From NCBI GenBank assembly GCA_964304625.1, contig OZ199838.1, positions 3,648,075 through 3,712,074 of the forward strand: a stretch of 64,000 nucleotides of DNA. Direction: 5' to 3'. The translations under genes and the position numbers were made by a program. The DNA is from Kudoa neothunni. Taxonomy: Eukaryota > Animalia > Cnidaria. The notes beneath the pieces are model-generated. The model ran no database searches, was not told the DNA's origin, and worked only from the letters and a program-made list of their open reading frames with translations. This document shows, in pieces, positions 1 to 13,454 of this stretch (its first letter is position 1; the number at the start of each line of letters is the position of its first letter).

Positions 1-154
1 TTAGACCAATAGTTTTTTATGTAGATTTTATTTATTTTTTATGTCATTATTTTTTATTCAAATAACTATAATTATAAAACAATAATTCTCGGATTATTTG
101 TGGGAAGCTAATGTCAAATTGATTTGATGTACCGCATTATAATTATGTTGAATC

Positions 155-176
155 ATATATATATATATATATATAT
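155..176. repeat. (TA)n microsatellite
   Basis: Run of atatatat... seen directly. Confidence 0.9.
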
Positions 177-331
177 AATTATATATGATTATATGGGAGA
201 TTAATGTTGTTAAATTTACGCGATAAATTCCTGAACAACTATTCAACAAAGAATTAAACTGACCTTAAGGAGAGCGCCGTTATCACTATTTTAACAGCTT
301 TGCTGGCAGGTTGGGAGTGTTTTTTTGGAAA

Positions 332-3300
332 ATGCTACAAGATGGGATTGAGTTAAAAGACGAGAATCTTCATATTGATAAGGAATTCGAACACAGACTT
401 GAGCGATATATTTCTCGAAAGAAAAACAATCTTGTTCTACAGTTGTTGTCTAGATATCCTCAACTCTGTCGTCATAAATTTCACGTATACATAGCTTTTT
501 TTTGATGTTTCAATAAATATTCTGATACTTTACGAATAAATTCCTATTTATCTTGGTTTCTAGAACCACATGACTCTAGCTCATTTGGCTGCAAAATATG
601 ATAATGTCACACTTCTAGCTAGTGTCATCGCAAATGGTTGTGATTTGGAAGCCACAACTAAACAGGTTGTTCATTTTGGCGTTTTGATTATTTTAATGTG
701 GAATTTTCAAATTAGGAAATACAAACACCCTTGTGCATTTGCTGTGTGAATGGTAGTGTGAATAGCGCACATTTGCTGATTGAGAACAAGGCCACACTCG
801 ATAATCACGATATTGTAGAGGGTAATAGGGTTCGTTTGGTTGATATTGAATTTAGTACGGAAATACCCCTTTATTCTATGCACTTCAACAGCGTTGTTTT
901 GATTTATGCAAAAGTTTGTTAAAAGCTGGATCCACCTATAAATATGGTTTGATGGTAGGCAGATTAAGTTCATTGTGAAAACTAATAAATTGAAAGGAAT
1001 CTCGCTCCATTTTCCAAGACCTCGAAAGTATGCAGAATCTACAGTTGATCGTTGAATTTGCCGAATGTATCAAGGTATGTGAGAGAGGGATTTTTTGTTA
1101 AGCCGTATTAAAAAAAATTAGAAATACTTTAATTATATTCATTTGGCTACCAGACTAAATTTGACTTCACTTCTACGTTACTACTTGCAAAAATACCCAC
1201 ATATTGATATTGATGAGAGAAATAATGTAATTCCTTTTGTTTGATATTTACATCGTTTATGGGGAATTTTGATTAAGGTCGGAATGACTTCTTCGCATAT
1301 AGCAGCCAAAAACAATTGTGTAGATGTTACAAAAGTTTTGATCGAATATGGTGCCGATTTGACTATAAGAGATAATGTGTGTTGGTCCTAATATTAAGGA
1401 GGTTTGTATTTTTAAATTATTTATAGCTGGGACATCTGCCTGTACATCTCGCAGTCAAGTATAACTCTAAGGAAGTGTTAGAACTTTTGATGCCAAATTA
1501 TTTGACTGATATCAACTCACCTGATAATGTATATTGTTTGTTGTTGAATGTTGGTGTTTATATAAATTCGATCTAGCTTGGCTACAGTATTTTACTGCAT
1601 GGTATTGAGTCTGGATTGGAAACTGCTCTAATTGAAGAATTTCTTCGACTCGGTGCCAATGAAACGAATCAACTCAAAGTTTCATCTCCATAATTGTATT
1701 TTTGTTTGATAGCCTAATTTTCAGAAAAATGGAAATACTGCTTTACATCTGGCAGTAATTCATCGACGATTTGATATCGTCAAACTACTTTTGTCCTATA
1801 GTTTCACGGTGGACATTACAAATAATGTATGTTGAATTTATTAGGTGATTCATAATAAAAAGAATTGACTAATATTATTAGGATGGGGTTACTCCACTTC
1901 ATTTAGCAATCAATATTGAAAAAAATAACGAAATGGTGACTCTACTGATGGACTCAAGGGCAAACGTACTGCTTGAATCTCGAGTAGGCGAACAATTCTA
2001 TTTCTCCTCGTAATTTTTTATGATTAGGCGGGAATGAACGCTGTTTTCTATTCACTCTATAATGGATTTGATAACTACTTTCGAATGGCATTGGACCATT
2101 GCAATAATGTCAACTATATTAATAAGGTAACTTGGATATGGCTTGCTATTTTTTGTTGAGACTAAAAGCTGTCGAATAATTAGGATGGTTATGGTGCACT
2201 TCATTTGGCTTGTTCCATTGGAAACTTTGAATGTGTAAAACTACTGGTGCTTCATGGAGCAGAACTTGACATTAGAGGAAAGGTATAACTATAAAAGGTG
2301 TAGTGAATGTGTGGAAATATTTTTCTTATTGATTAACTGATGTTGTGTCCGATTAGTTTGGAGAAAGCCCTCTTCATTGGGCAGCTTGGCGAAATCATCA
2401 CAACATCGCTAATCTACTTCTCGATCACAATGTCGCAGTAGATCTGATTGATGAAGTATGGTTAATGTTGTGTAATAGTATGTTAAAAGCTTCACATTTT
2501 CTCCAGAACAATAACACCCCATTGTATTATTCGTGTATGAAAGGTCATTTTGAAGTTTCAAAACTATTATTAGCTTATGGCGCCAACCCCAATCATATGA
2601 ATAATGTAATTGATATCAAAGTGTTTTAGAGTTGATTTTTGTTTAGGATGGTGTCACACCAGGTATTTGTGCCGTTAGGGGTAACAACAGCAATCTTGTA
2701 AAGTGTTTGGTTGATGATTTTTCAATTGATATCAACTACCGTCTACAAGTATTTAGTGCCATTTTTCGCAACTTTAATGCGATTTCAGGCAGGGCTAATG
2801 AATATTTATTATAATTATTACCATATATTTATCACTATCAATTAATAATAAGTAATTAACTTAATTATGACCATCTTGGTATATGATTTACATGGAAATC
2901 ATGTAGCCATGCATCCATGTAGATTAATTTTGGCGAGTCCAAGATGAAAGTCTTTTTATAAATTTGAAATATGAATGTTTTTGGCGTTAATTAATTTTTG
3001 AAAACCTTAAAATAAAATGAATAAAATATTCTATTAAGCAGTGATTTCAACATTATTTATTCTCGAAGTATTTAAAAAAATTAATTACATTATTATCCAA
3101 ATCATATAAAAACCTCTAAAAATCAAGTTGTTTATTTTTAACAAATTTTAAATTAATTAAAGAATTTTTATAAAACAAGTAATATTGATGAAGTTTGGAA
3201 AAGCGCAAATAAATTGTTTGTTTAAATCTTCATGTATGTTCAATTAAATTAAATACAACTCTATTGAGCTATAAAAAATCTTTTTAGTGTATTAATAAAT

Positions 3301-6300
3301 ATAAATTTTAACGAAATAACATTAATTAAATTTATTTAAAAATATTTAATACTCATAAACGTCAATCGTAAAAATAAGTATATTACAGTCGAACCTCGAT
3401 TATCCGGAAACCGGAAGAACCATTTGATCATATTTCCGGATAAAAGTACCACCCATCACCTTACGACATGTATAAGGTGGCATATATACCAACGCAATAT
3501 TTAAAACAAAAATAGTTCTAGGTTATTTATTAATAAATTTTCCTTTTAAAAGTAGGTTAAGAATTCAGTTCTTATACAAGTTTGTACTATATCTGAACAC
3601 ATGGCAGTATGCATATTAAATAAAAATTAATTATCGATTATTTAAAAAAATAGGTTACTCCTCTGTGGACGTGTAAAAATTGTCATAATTATGTACTGTT
3701 TTTCCTTTATGTCTCCATATTCTTAGTTAATAGATAGTCAACATTTTTAATTTATGTCGCAGAAGATAAAATATTTTATTTCATAAATAATAAAAAATTT
3801 TTCAACCCGCTCTGGCATGATTCACTGTTTATGTTTGATTAACCGGAACCTCTATTCGGAAAGAAAGTCGCTGGGAAAAAATTTTTCAGATGATCGAGCT
3901 TTGATTATATAATCCATTTTTATTTATATCAAGGTAAATTAATTAATTTATGTTTTATAATATTTTATTATATGAATTATTAGAATTAAAATTTTTTTCG
4001 TTTAAAAAATTATCAAAATTAGATTAAAATACCATGAAAGTGATTTTTTATTTTATTTTTAATAGTTTTATCTTTGAAAATAATTTCTAATTATTCCATT
4101 GTTGTAATTGGTCATAGTAACTTTTTTAAGAATAATAAAAAAATAAATTAACAAAATTTTTTAATTTTCTTAAAAAAGTAGAATAGGAGGATATTAAAAA
4201 ATTGAATTTTAATATCTCCTTGTAAATGAAACTATATAAAATGAACTCTATGAAAAAATATCAACGTAAAGCCAAAAATATAAAATTTCGACATCAACAA
4301 AACATCCAAAACTCAGTAGTTGAATAGGTTTAAGAAAATTTGATTAAACATGTTACTGTCACAAGGAAACAACTTAACTTAGTTGATTTCATTTAGGGAT
4401 GCTATTCGTTGATGTATTTCGCAATGTATTGCGGAAATCTTTCTATTGTTAACTTTTTGTTAAATAAAACTTTAGCGTTGGATGAAGTTATTGATGTATT
4501 TACCTAGTTTTAATTGAAATAAATAAAATTAATGTGACTTAGGAGAGATTTACTCCTTTTTCTATCGCTGTTCTTTGTGATAACGCCGAACTATGTTTCC
4601 AATTGTATTCTCTATACAACTACACTTGTTGTAAACCATTTGTAATTAGAATCCGAGTCCGGAGAGATTTTAACCATCTACCTATTTAGACGTCGTTCAA
4701 AATTACCATCACCCATCTTATCGGAATTGCTGGCAGTATCAGAACGTTTCAAGTGCTTAGTAACATGAAGCGTTTCAGGGAAACTCTTGGAACTCCCACT
4801 AAAGTTTACTCTTACCACATATAATTTAAAAATAACGTATGTTTTAATAGTTTGGAGATACAATACTCCATTTCGCAGCCACTTACGGTCATTACAATTT
4901 GTGCAGTCTTATAATCAAGTTGGATTCTACGTTGATCCCAAAAGAAAATTGCGTATTTTCCAAATTTAACCACATGGGGTAGCCAATTTTTAACTTTATT
5001 CGTTAGAATGGTTTTAAAGCTATTCACTGTGCTATTATTTCACAAAAACTGGATGTGTTTAAGCTACTCCTCAAATATAACGACAATATTCAATGTGTCG
5101 ACCAATATGGCAACAATTTTGCTCATCTAAGCGTACTCCGTTGTTCTAACAAAATAACAATGGAGCTGTTAAAACATGTGGAATTATTTGAAGCTAGAAA
5201 CTATCAAGGTCTTACCCCGAAAGCAATGTTGGCTGCCCTGGATATTTTAAAACGCTTGGGTCTCTCCTTCTTTAGTAGTGGAAAAGGAGTAGATTTTAAC
5301 TACAATCATGACCCCTCTCTTGAACAACAAATTACCACCATCACCCAAGTGGATCTCAAGGTTTTTTTAGAAAGTTTGTATGAATACTTGAGTGTGACCA
5401 ACTTGGCCAATTTCGCCAACTATTTTCTAATCCCAAAAGATATCAGTGTTTGCCTCCGAATGAAACACTCAAACAAATTTATCTCTAACAAAACCTCAAT
5501 CGAATATACTCATTGTGTCTTTGATGATGAGATGGCTCAATTTATCGAGTCACATCTTCACAGCACGCGACTCTGCCAAAATCAATCCAGTAGCGAGAAT
5601 CATGGTTGGATTTACAGTAGAATTCCAAATGAAATTGATTCGGTTACTGCGGCTATTAAACCATCTCTTCTAATCACTAACCAGTATTTATGGTATAAAG
5701 TGGTATATTAAAAAATATTGTGTTCGATAGGGATAATTTGATGCTGGAGTTGGCTGGGTGTGGATTGGTTGCATTCTACAATGGACTGATTGTGATTATA
5801 CCTCATCAACCAATGGAAACTGACCATGTCGTTGTTAGTATTAAAAAGTTGACCCACTCTACTCGTTATGAATCTGAGGTTAGCAAAGAACATTCTTTTT
5901 GCAAACGATTGAGCAATTTTCTGGAGGTTACTGTTACAGAGGGAAGTTTTCGAAATGTAATAACTTGCTACGTGGGGTTCAATAAAGAATCCCTTATAAT
6001 TAACACAACCCAAAGCTTCAATCACGAATATGTGGGTTTGTTGAAAGAGGTTGATGCAAATGGTGACGCTTGGTCGTATGGCACTTTGGCGTCTAAAAGT
6101 ATATTGATTTTCTTCACATCACAAACTCCTCCAATCGTGTATAATCATTCTGTTTAGATGCATCCAACGAACTGAAACAACTATCCGCATTGTTCAATGC
6201 TAACAACCGATCAAACAAATTTTTATTTTATAATTTGGAATTTCGTGAAAAAATGTGCTGTTTTGTGTGCTACCAACCGTGCTTCAAACAACTCCGATCC

Positions 6301-7186
6301 AAGACCCTCTCCTTACCGGACAGCACTAACTTTAATGTCAAAATTATTCCTTCCAATCGCATTAGATTCGATAAAAAATATTCATCCACTTTCAGTGATA
6401 TTATTCGAGTGGAACCACTGCATAACTCAGAAAAAGAACTCACAGCTGTGTTTAGTGTGATACTGAATGTCTCCGATCCTAATCTTACACCATCATCCAT
6501 CTCAGACTACAAAATATTCCGATACGACTCAAACTGCTCCAACAACTATTGGACCCTCAGCTCACGAGATTATGTTACTGGCATCAATAGGAATGTTATT
6601 GATATCAAAATTGTATTTAATAAAGCATGCTAGTAATTTGGTGATGTTTGTGACTGCAGCGATAGTTAATATTTTTAGTGTATGGATTTTTTGTGACGGG
6701 GGCAGGCTGTCGAAAAATCATCAACTTCTTGTGAACCGGTCGTTCACCAAATCCATCAATTTCTGTTACAACACTCTCACCAAGCTCACCATTATGCGGA
6801 ATCGAAAATGGCTAAACAATGCTTTAGTTATTTTTGAATTTTCTTTTGCGTTGTCAACCGAAAGAAAACCATTTGCTGATCTAAATCAAAAAGAACTTTT
6901 TCTCATTTTCACCAAACAACAAGATATCACACTGATCTACGGTCAGCAGCTTCAAATTGTCGCCCTTGTTGATGGGAAATCAGCCGGATTTATTGATTGT
7001 AACAACCGATATCTGCCATATATTAACTATTTTGCGGATCCTTGGTTGTCCAACACTTTCAACTGCTATCTGACTCCAATAGCATTCTCTGAAGAATCGT
7101 CCAACCTCGAAATTCAATTTCTTGACCCAGAAGTTGACAACGAAACCAAGTGCTCACCTATTGCTAGCTTTTTAGTTTCTCTCTAA
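332..7186 (+). CDS. Ankyrin-repeat protein (about 20 ANK repeats) followed by a ZU5-ZU5-UPA-like region; ankyrin-like, 24 exons
   Basis: Manual GT-AG splicing gives an open frame of successive repeats (NGNTALHLAVIHRRFDIVKLLL, DGVTPLHLAI, FGESPLHWAAWRNHHNIANLLL, NNNTPLYYSCMKGHFEVSKLLLAYGA). Downstream segments are ZU5-like (LAGCGLVAFYNGLIVIIP; TFSDIIRVEP; KACYVWIF). One long intron at 2749-4396. Stop at 7186. Start ATG 332 is inferred. Confidence 0.85.
3386..3907. mobile_element. pogo/Tigger-like non-autonomous element in the long ankyrin intron
   Basis: Left end TA|CAGTCGAACCTCGATTATCCGGAA; degenerate inverted copy TTTTCAGATGATCGAGCTTTGATTA|TA. Confidence 0.6.
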
Positions 7187-8619
7187 TTCAAATGGTTTTA
7201 AATGATTGAATAATTGTTTTTATGTTTGGTTTCGCTAAAAAAATTTAAAATCCAACAAACTATTTATTATTATGCACACATTTATTTCGTATTTGTATTT
7301 TAAAGGATTCAATTTTTTTCATTTTTAAGTTTCCTATTTAATCGTCGAATTTTTATAAAATAAACGTCGAAAATTACGATCCCTATATATAACCAATGTA
7401 GTCCTAGCAGTTGGCTGGTTTTTATGCAATCCCCTTTAGACTATTGGAGATGGTGCAAGATTGAGCTGGTCCAGTTTTAATCATTATTTTTTGCGCGTAC
7501 TAAAACATACAAAGCTGTTTAATATATTAGAATTGCATAAACTAAAGCCAAAAATTAATTATTTACACTCAAAATCAAAATGTCCCGAAGTAATTTTAAA
7601 AATATTTCTTTATAACAATGTAACCATTATTATTTAATATTTTTGTAGAAATATTAAATTGTTTTCATTCCCTTTGATAAATTAAAGAGATATAAAAATG
7701 ATTAATGCTTTTCAAAAATTTTATCAGCTTAAGTTTTGTTTTTTGAGATATTATTTAAGCCGATATATGATATATATTAAAGTGTCTTTATGGACCGATC
7801 TTACATCTCTTTGGAGGATCCTGTGAAATTATTCTATTATCTTATATTTTTATCTGCTAGTTTTGTTGGTTGTTTTATTTTTGTTAAAATTAAACTTGAT
7901 TAATGAATTTAGAGAACAAGATATAAAAAGAAAAATTAATGATAGAATTGACGAGTCACGTGATCAACATTATAGAAAATGTTGAGTCTTAATATATATC
8001 TAAATCTTTCAATAAAAAAATATTAAATATTTACTTAAATTTAAATTTCGTAAATTTTTTTAGTTTGAAAAAAGTGTGTATAATTGGACAATGATTATTA
8101 CAATATTTGTTTGAATGGCGTGATAAATTCAGTTTTATAAATTTATTATATTACGTATTTTAATTTATTTATTTATTTCACCCAAATTTTCATCTTCCAT
8201 GCAACATAAATCAAAAGCAGACAAAAGATTGTTTTAGCGAATGATAACCAGTTTGACCATGGAAAATAAATCGGTTGTCAAATGTTTATTATTTATTGTG
8301 TTTATCTTTTGTTGTAATAGTTTAATACAAGCTATAGTTATTTTAATTGCTTTAGCTCGGGTAATAGTTAACAACAACCTCATCTTCCAGAGTCCTATAG
8401 TAGGTTTTTATTGCATTTTTTAGATATGAATTTGCATTTGTTTATTTTAGACTAATTTTCCTATTGGAATAAAAAATTGTACGAAAAGTTTGAAAATTTA
8501 TCATCAAAATTGGTTTGAAGCGTTTTTGAAGCAACATTGCAAAAGAAACTATGTAGACAAACTACAATTATTTTACAAACTCTCACTTTTATATAGTGCT
8601 ATCACAAAAAAACTATGCT

Positions 8620-9400
8620 TCAAGATTATGTATCATTTGTGAGATTCTTTCTCAAAAGAAAAACTTTTTGCAGGTACTTTGCAAATTGTACCGCCAACCA
8701 GGGTAGGTGAGAATTGTTTTTGGTTTATCAGAAATATTTTGATATAGTATTCAGTATGGACAACGAATGTTTAACATGCCGCATAATAGTCAAATGCTTT
8801 CTCTGAGATTGTGTAAGAATTAATTTAGACCCCTACCACTATCATGGGAAGGATGGCATCCTCCAATTTCTCTGCTAGTTATTCAGATTTCGTATGCAAC
8901 TTTGGGGCCTCAAATATTACACAAAATATTTATGAGCATAATTTGGTAGTACACGTAGATAAATGCCTCTAACGTAGTAATTTTAGTGTGTGGTGTTAAG
9001 CAGATACTTTGCTAAAAACGTTTGGAAATACAATCGTTTTATGTCTTCTTACCAATTCTGTTCCGCTATGGGAGCTTGCTTAAATCCACAGATCGAAAAT
9101 ATAACTTTGTAAATTGTTTCTATCTGCATTCTTTTCAACCATTTTTAGATTTTTGCCTTAGAAATGCTTCAAATAATATTAATCAATTAGAATTTACTTC
9201 GTTCCGACCTCAGCTGATTATTTTGATATATATATTTCCTAGTCCAAATTTATACATTTCGAAGTTTCATACCTAAAATAATTTTTAATTGGCTTTAAAG
9301 TTTCAGACGGTTTAATAAAACCAACGACAACTTGGCAGCTGACTTTGAAACAGGATAATCGAAATAGCATGGAATTTTGTTCCATAATTTAGATTAAATC
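8620..9400 (-). mobile_element. Possible decayed DNA-transposase fragment (hAT-like)
   Basis: Coding-like composition with broken frames and weak resemblance to a hAT C-terminus; no clean motif. Confidence 0.2.
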
Positions 9401-10905
9401 CGTACGAAAGTAATATTACCATTATATTAAGTTAACGGCAAAGAAATTAAATTAATTATTACGTTATTGTAATATTCTTGTTAGAATCAGAAATAACAAT
9501 CGTAGCAAACGATACCACAGGTTAAATAATAATGGTCACATGCCATGTAATAATATAAAATACAGTGTGCACGCCATTACACATAGTATAAATTGTACCA
9601 ACACATTTCAGTTAATAAATTGGTAATTATAAATCATGTGACACTTGAAAACACCCTTTGGAGCACATTTTTATTGGCGAGTTATTCACAATTCTTTTAA
9701 ATAAAATTAATAAATACGAAGTGCAAAAATTAAGCTTTAAGAAATAATTTTTCAACGTTAACGCAGCTTTTAATTCGGACATGATCGTTCCCACGTTAAA
9801 TCTCTCGTTTGTTTACAACAACTTCTGAATTTCCTTATTCTTCGTATATTATAAAACATTTGTTATTTAAAAAGACCTAACTTATTTTTTACCATAATTA
9901 ATTGAGTTTAGAATGGGTTTATGTGCGATGTATTAAGATGTTATATTTTGCAGACCGAACAAACTTTTTCCTCATATCACGATGATTGAAATGAGAATTT
10001 GACAATTATTTTTTATGCAAAAATAAAATTTTTAGTTTATATATATTTTTGGAATATTTACACTAAGAAGAAAAAATGTTACGACCAAAATAGTAAAAAA
10101 ATCCGAGCACGAAAAAGTTAAATATTGTTCAACTTTTAATTTCGACATTTTAATGAAGATGGTGACTACTTGCAGTACAAATAGACATTATATTTAATGA
10201 ATACGTTACTTAAAAAAATATTAACAATTATGTTCGTCCTAAAATTTAGAATAAAGCAAAAATAATAAAAAGTATAAAATAATTGATCTTTAATCTTTTA
10301 GATATAACATTATTTCAGACATTAAATAAATTAAGTTGACCTTTTATGACAATAGATGAAACAATTATTTGATGATGTTAATCCCATTATTTTCAAAAAT
10401 CTATTAATTTAAACTTAAAAGGTTAGTTTCATGATGTCAAAATAATTAAATACATCCAAATTTAATGAATATTTTAGTTTTTCAATAGTATTGCTATTTG
10501 AATGTCCAATTAGCCCAAAAGTGTTATTTTGTTCAATATTGTTTTGAAATATATTTCAGAAGAATATTAATTAAAATTTTTAAAAATAGTTAATAATTGT
10601 TGACAATTAAATTGTATCCCAGATATAACTTTTTAACGTTTCAAAAATTTTTTAGATACACACGTTTAATTTTACTAAATTATCCAAAAAATCAAAGTAA
10701 TGATATATTTTAAAACATTTTTTGCAGCAGAATTTTGATAAAACGATTAATTAATGCAAAGTTGGTTGTTAATGATCTAGATCGACATAACTCTTAGATT
10801 ATAACGATATTGTTGTCATCGATATAATTATGTTTTCATTTTTTTATTAAAATTATGCGATATATAATATAAAATGTTTATTATTCATTTTACTTTCAGG
10901 AGAGA

Positions 10906-12470
10906 TGAGAGCATTTCAATTCAATTTTGATATATTTTCTCTCAAAGGTATAAATAATATATTTTACGCTTTAATTGTAACATGGTTTAATTTACTGATG
11001 GATCGCGAACTTCTGAAATACTTTCAATGAATTATCTAATGGTAAAAGCCGGTGAGTTAGAGATTATCGGGAAAATTTCGATTTTATAAATTTTTAGATA
11101 TTAAATTCTTATCAGATAAAATATGAGACAGATTGAATTTGGTACGACGTTTAACGAAATATTACAAAAGTATATGGAACCAGATTAATAAGTAAATATT
11201 CTTTCGAAAATATTCTTTTGTTTATATATCTGTAGATGAATTATTATTATTATAGACTCTTTCTCATGATTAAAAAATATTTTTATAGTTATGTAGAAAA
11301 CCGAAATTAACTTCGCATAAATTTACGAAAATTCCCGCATTGTACATAATATATCAAGTTGATTTATTGGAGAATATTTTTTCTGAATAAAGAAACTTCA
11401 TCGATATTTAAAAGTATTAAATTAATCATTACTTAAATAACCTAGTTATCTTGTATCAATACGAATTTTTGATAAGTCTCTTGAAACCATACTCTGACTT
11501 AGCCGAAAAAAAATATTTGTGGGAGTGATTGTTTACATATTAAGTAGAAAGATAAATTAGGCGTAATTATGACAAAGAAGGCTTTCTTTGCAGCTTGTAG
11601 TCAAACTTCTAAAATCAGTAACTCAACCAAATTTTTAGTCATTTTCCTATTATCACAATGCTTACAACAAGTCCCTTTTTCAAATCTAACAATAGTGGTA
11701 ATAAACGACAATAAAGTTACGAATAATTATATTCATAGAATAATGTAACAAATGAGTTTGATAATTTTGCCGCTCAAATCCAACAAAAATATATCGGCGG
11801 ATTTGTGAGTCTTCAGAGCCATCTATGTTCTCAGAAAGATATTAAAGTTTAATCAGCATCAATTAGATTTGCTTAAGCCATGATTTAGTGTGAAGAACCT
11901 ACCAAAAAATTAAACAATTTCGAGATATTTTTAAACCGATCGGTGTCCATTCAAAATGTTTGCCATTATTTCGCTCTTTGTCAGAAAAATGAAAGTTTTT
12001 TAGCATACTACAAATTTTCTTAAATAAATTGTTATAGTGCGTATTTTTGATGCATCGGATCTTAATTGCAACATTCTGGTAACATTAATCATAGAAATTA
12101 TAGTATTAAGGTACTTCTATTTTAAGCTACAAAGTTTCAATTACCTAGACTTGGGGAATGATCTAGTAAAGGATGCCTTTACACGGAAACTATGTTTCAA
12201 CGCTACAAAACCTACAATCAATAACCTGATTGTATATAATATTTATTTTAGTGTAAACTAATATATAAAAGTGCAAAATATCAGTAAGAGCATCCTTAAA
12301 GGCAATAAACCATGTTCTTCTTAAACTATATGGCCCAAACACCAACTCTGAGGTTGGATTTTGTGTGGCATCCTCATTTAGAGATCTAAAAAAGAAACCC
12401 AGGTAACAAATAAATTACCAGTTTAATATCAATTTTTATAGTATTAAACTTTGAATATCTTCTCATGGTA
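10906..12470 (+). pseudogene. Decayed CD39/GDA1-like paralog (copy C)
   Basis: IKYETD/EFGTTFNEIL (1-nt frameshift) matches VKYSTDEFENTLVEKL of copy A. Further exon-sized pieces lie in the same order as the motifs and cysteines of A and B: SIRIFDKSLETIL*L, FVSLQSHLCSQKD, IQNVCHY, DAFTRKLCFNAT, EVGFCVASSF. Stops and frameshifts are present. Confidence 0.5.
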
Positions 12471-12781
12471 TGCAAGAAAATGAAAAAAATATTTTATCTA
12501 CATTTTTACGGTAAACATAACGTAACGACGTGTTCGGTAACCTCCATTTAATTGTATTTTTATGGATGCGCTGAAAATTCATTACACATATCTTGAAAAA
12601 TTTTAGGATCTTGTGGGTTTTCCATGAATGTTAAGTTTACGAGGTCAAAATATAAAATCACCGCCTACGAAATTAAAACAATTAATTGTAATAGGTCGCA
12701 TTCATATTTTATATTTTTTTATTAATAAGCTATCAAACTAACTGTCTTTTAAATTAATCCCATGAGGTATCAAAAAACGAA

Positions 12782-13454
12782 TTACCTCCTTCGATTTTGG
12801 GATGAAATACACCCCAGAGTCGTTTTAAGTGATTTAAACAAAAAATTTGGATTCAATTTATCCATAAAACTTTATATGGTTTGACACATTACATTCAGAG
12901 AAAAAGTGTCATTACTCACATTATTAATGCTCAAAAAATTTTGTACGGCTTAAGTCATAAGTCACCAATTCTTCGGTAACGCACAAAAATAAAAAATTTA
13001 ACTATGATGTATTTTATCTTAATTTCAAACTTAGTTTATTTTTTTAATACGATGAGCTAAGATAGAATTTATTTTGAATAATAAACACATTTTTTTGGTG
13101 TATAATTAAGGAAAAATTATGCCGGGGTGAATTTCACCCCAAAATCCCTAGAGCAATGTTTCTCAACGTGGGGCGAGACAAATTTTTTTGTGAGGAATGG
13201 AAATTGTTAAACGTTTAATGAATCGCTCTGGTGGGGTGCAGAAAATCCTGAGTATTGGTATGACACGGATAATGATGAGATAATTGGGCAGTATGACGTA
13301 CTTTGTAAATAATTTCGCGATTTTCGATATCGCTAATTTTTAAGTGACGATTAACATCACAAAAATTTTATAGAAAGGTGGGACACGAAACTTTTTTTCT
13401 GGAAAAAGTGGGGCGTGACAAAAAAAGTTGGAAGACACTGCCCTAGAGGGTTAA
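12782..13454. mobile_element. piggyBac-like non-autonomous element
   Basis: Inverted ends GATTTTGGGATGAAATACACCCC / GGGGTGAATTTCACCCCAAAATC...AGAGGG|TTAA. Confidence 0.55.
13154..13440. mobile_element. hAT (Charlie-like) MITE nested in the piggyBac terminal repeat
   Basis: TIRs CAATGTTTCTCAAC / GTTGGAAGACACTG; perfect 8-bp TSD CCCTAGAG at 13146-13153 and 13441-13448. Confidence 0.8.

Noticed and set aside
205-310. In-frame TAA in a possible upstream ankyrin exon, suggesting stop-codon reassignment
   Set aside because: ATG 332 gives a clean start, and TAA terminates TUFM, PSMC6, FANCD2 and the zinc-finger gene
707-6500. Antisense and alternate-frame ORFs over the ankyrin gene (also 36624, 41637, 42021, 44398, 48681, 57291)
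   Set aside because: Shadows of real coding exons with no independent motifs
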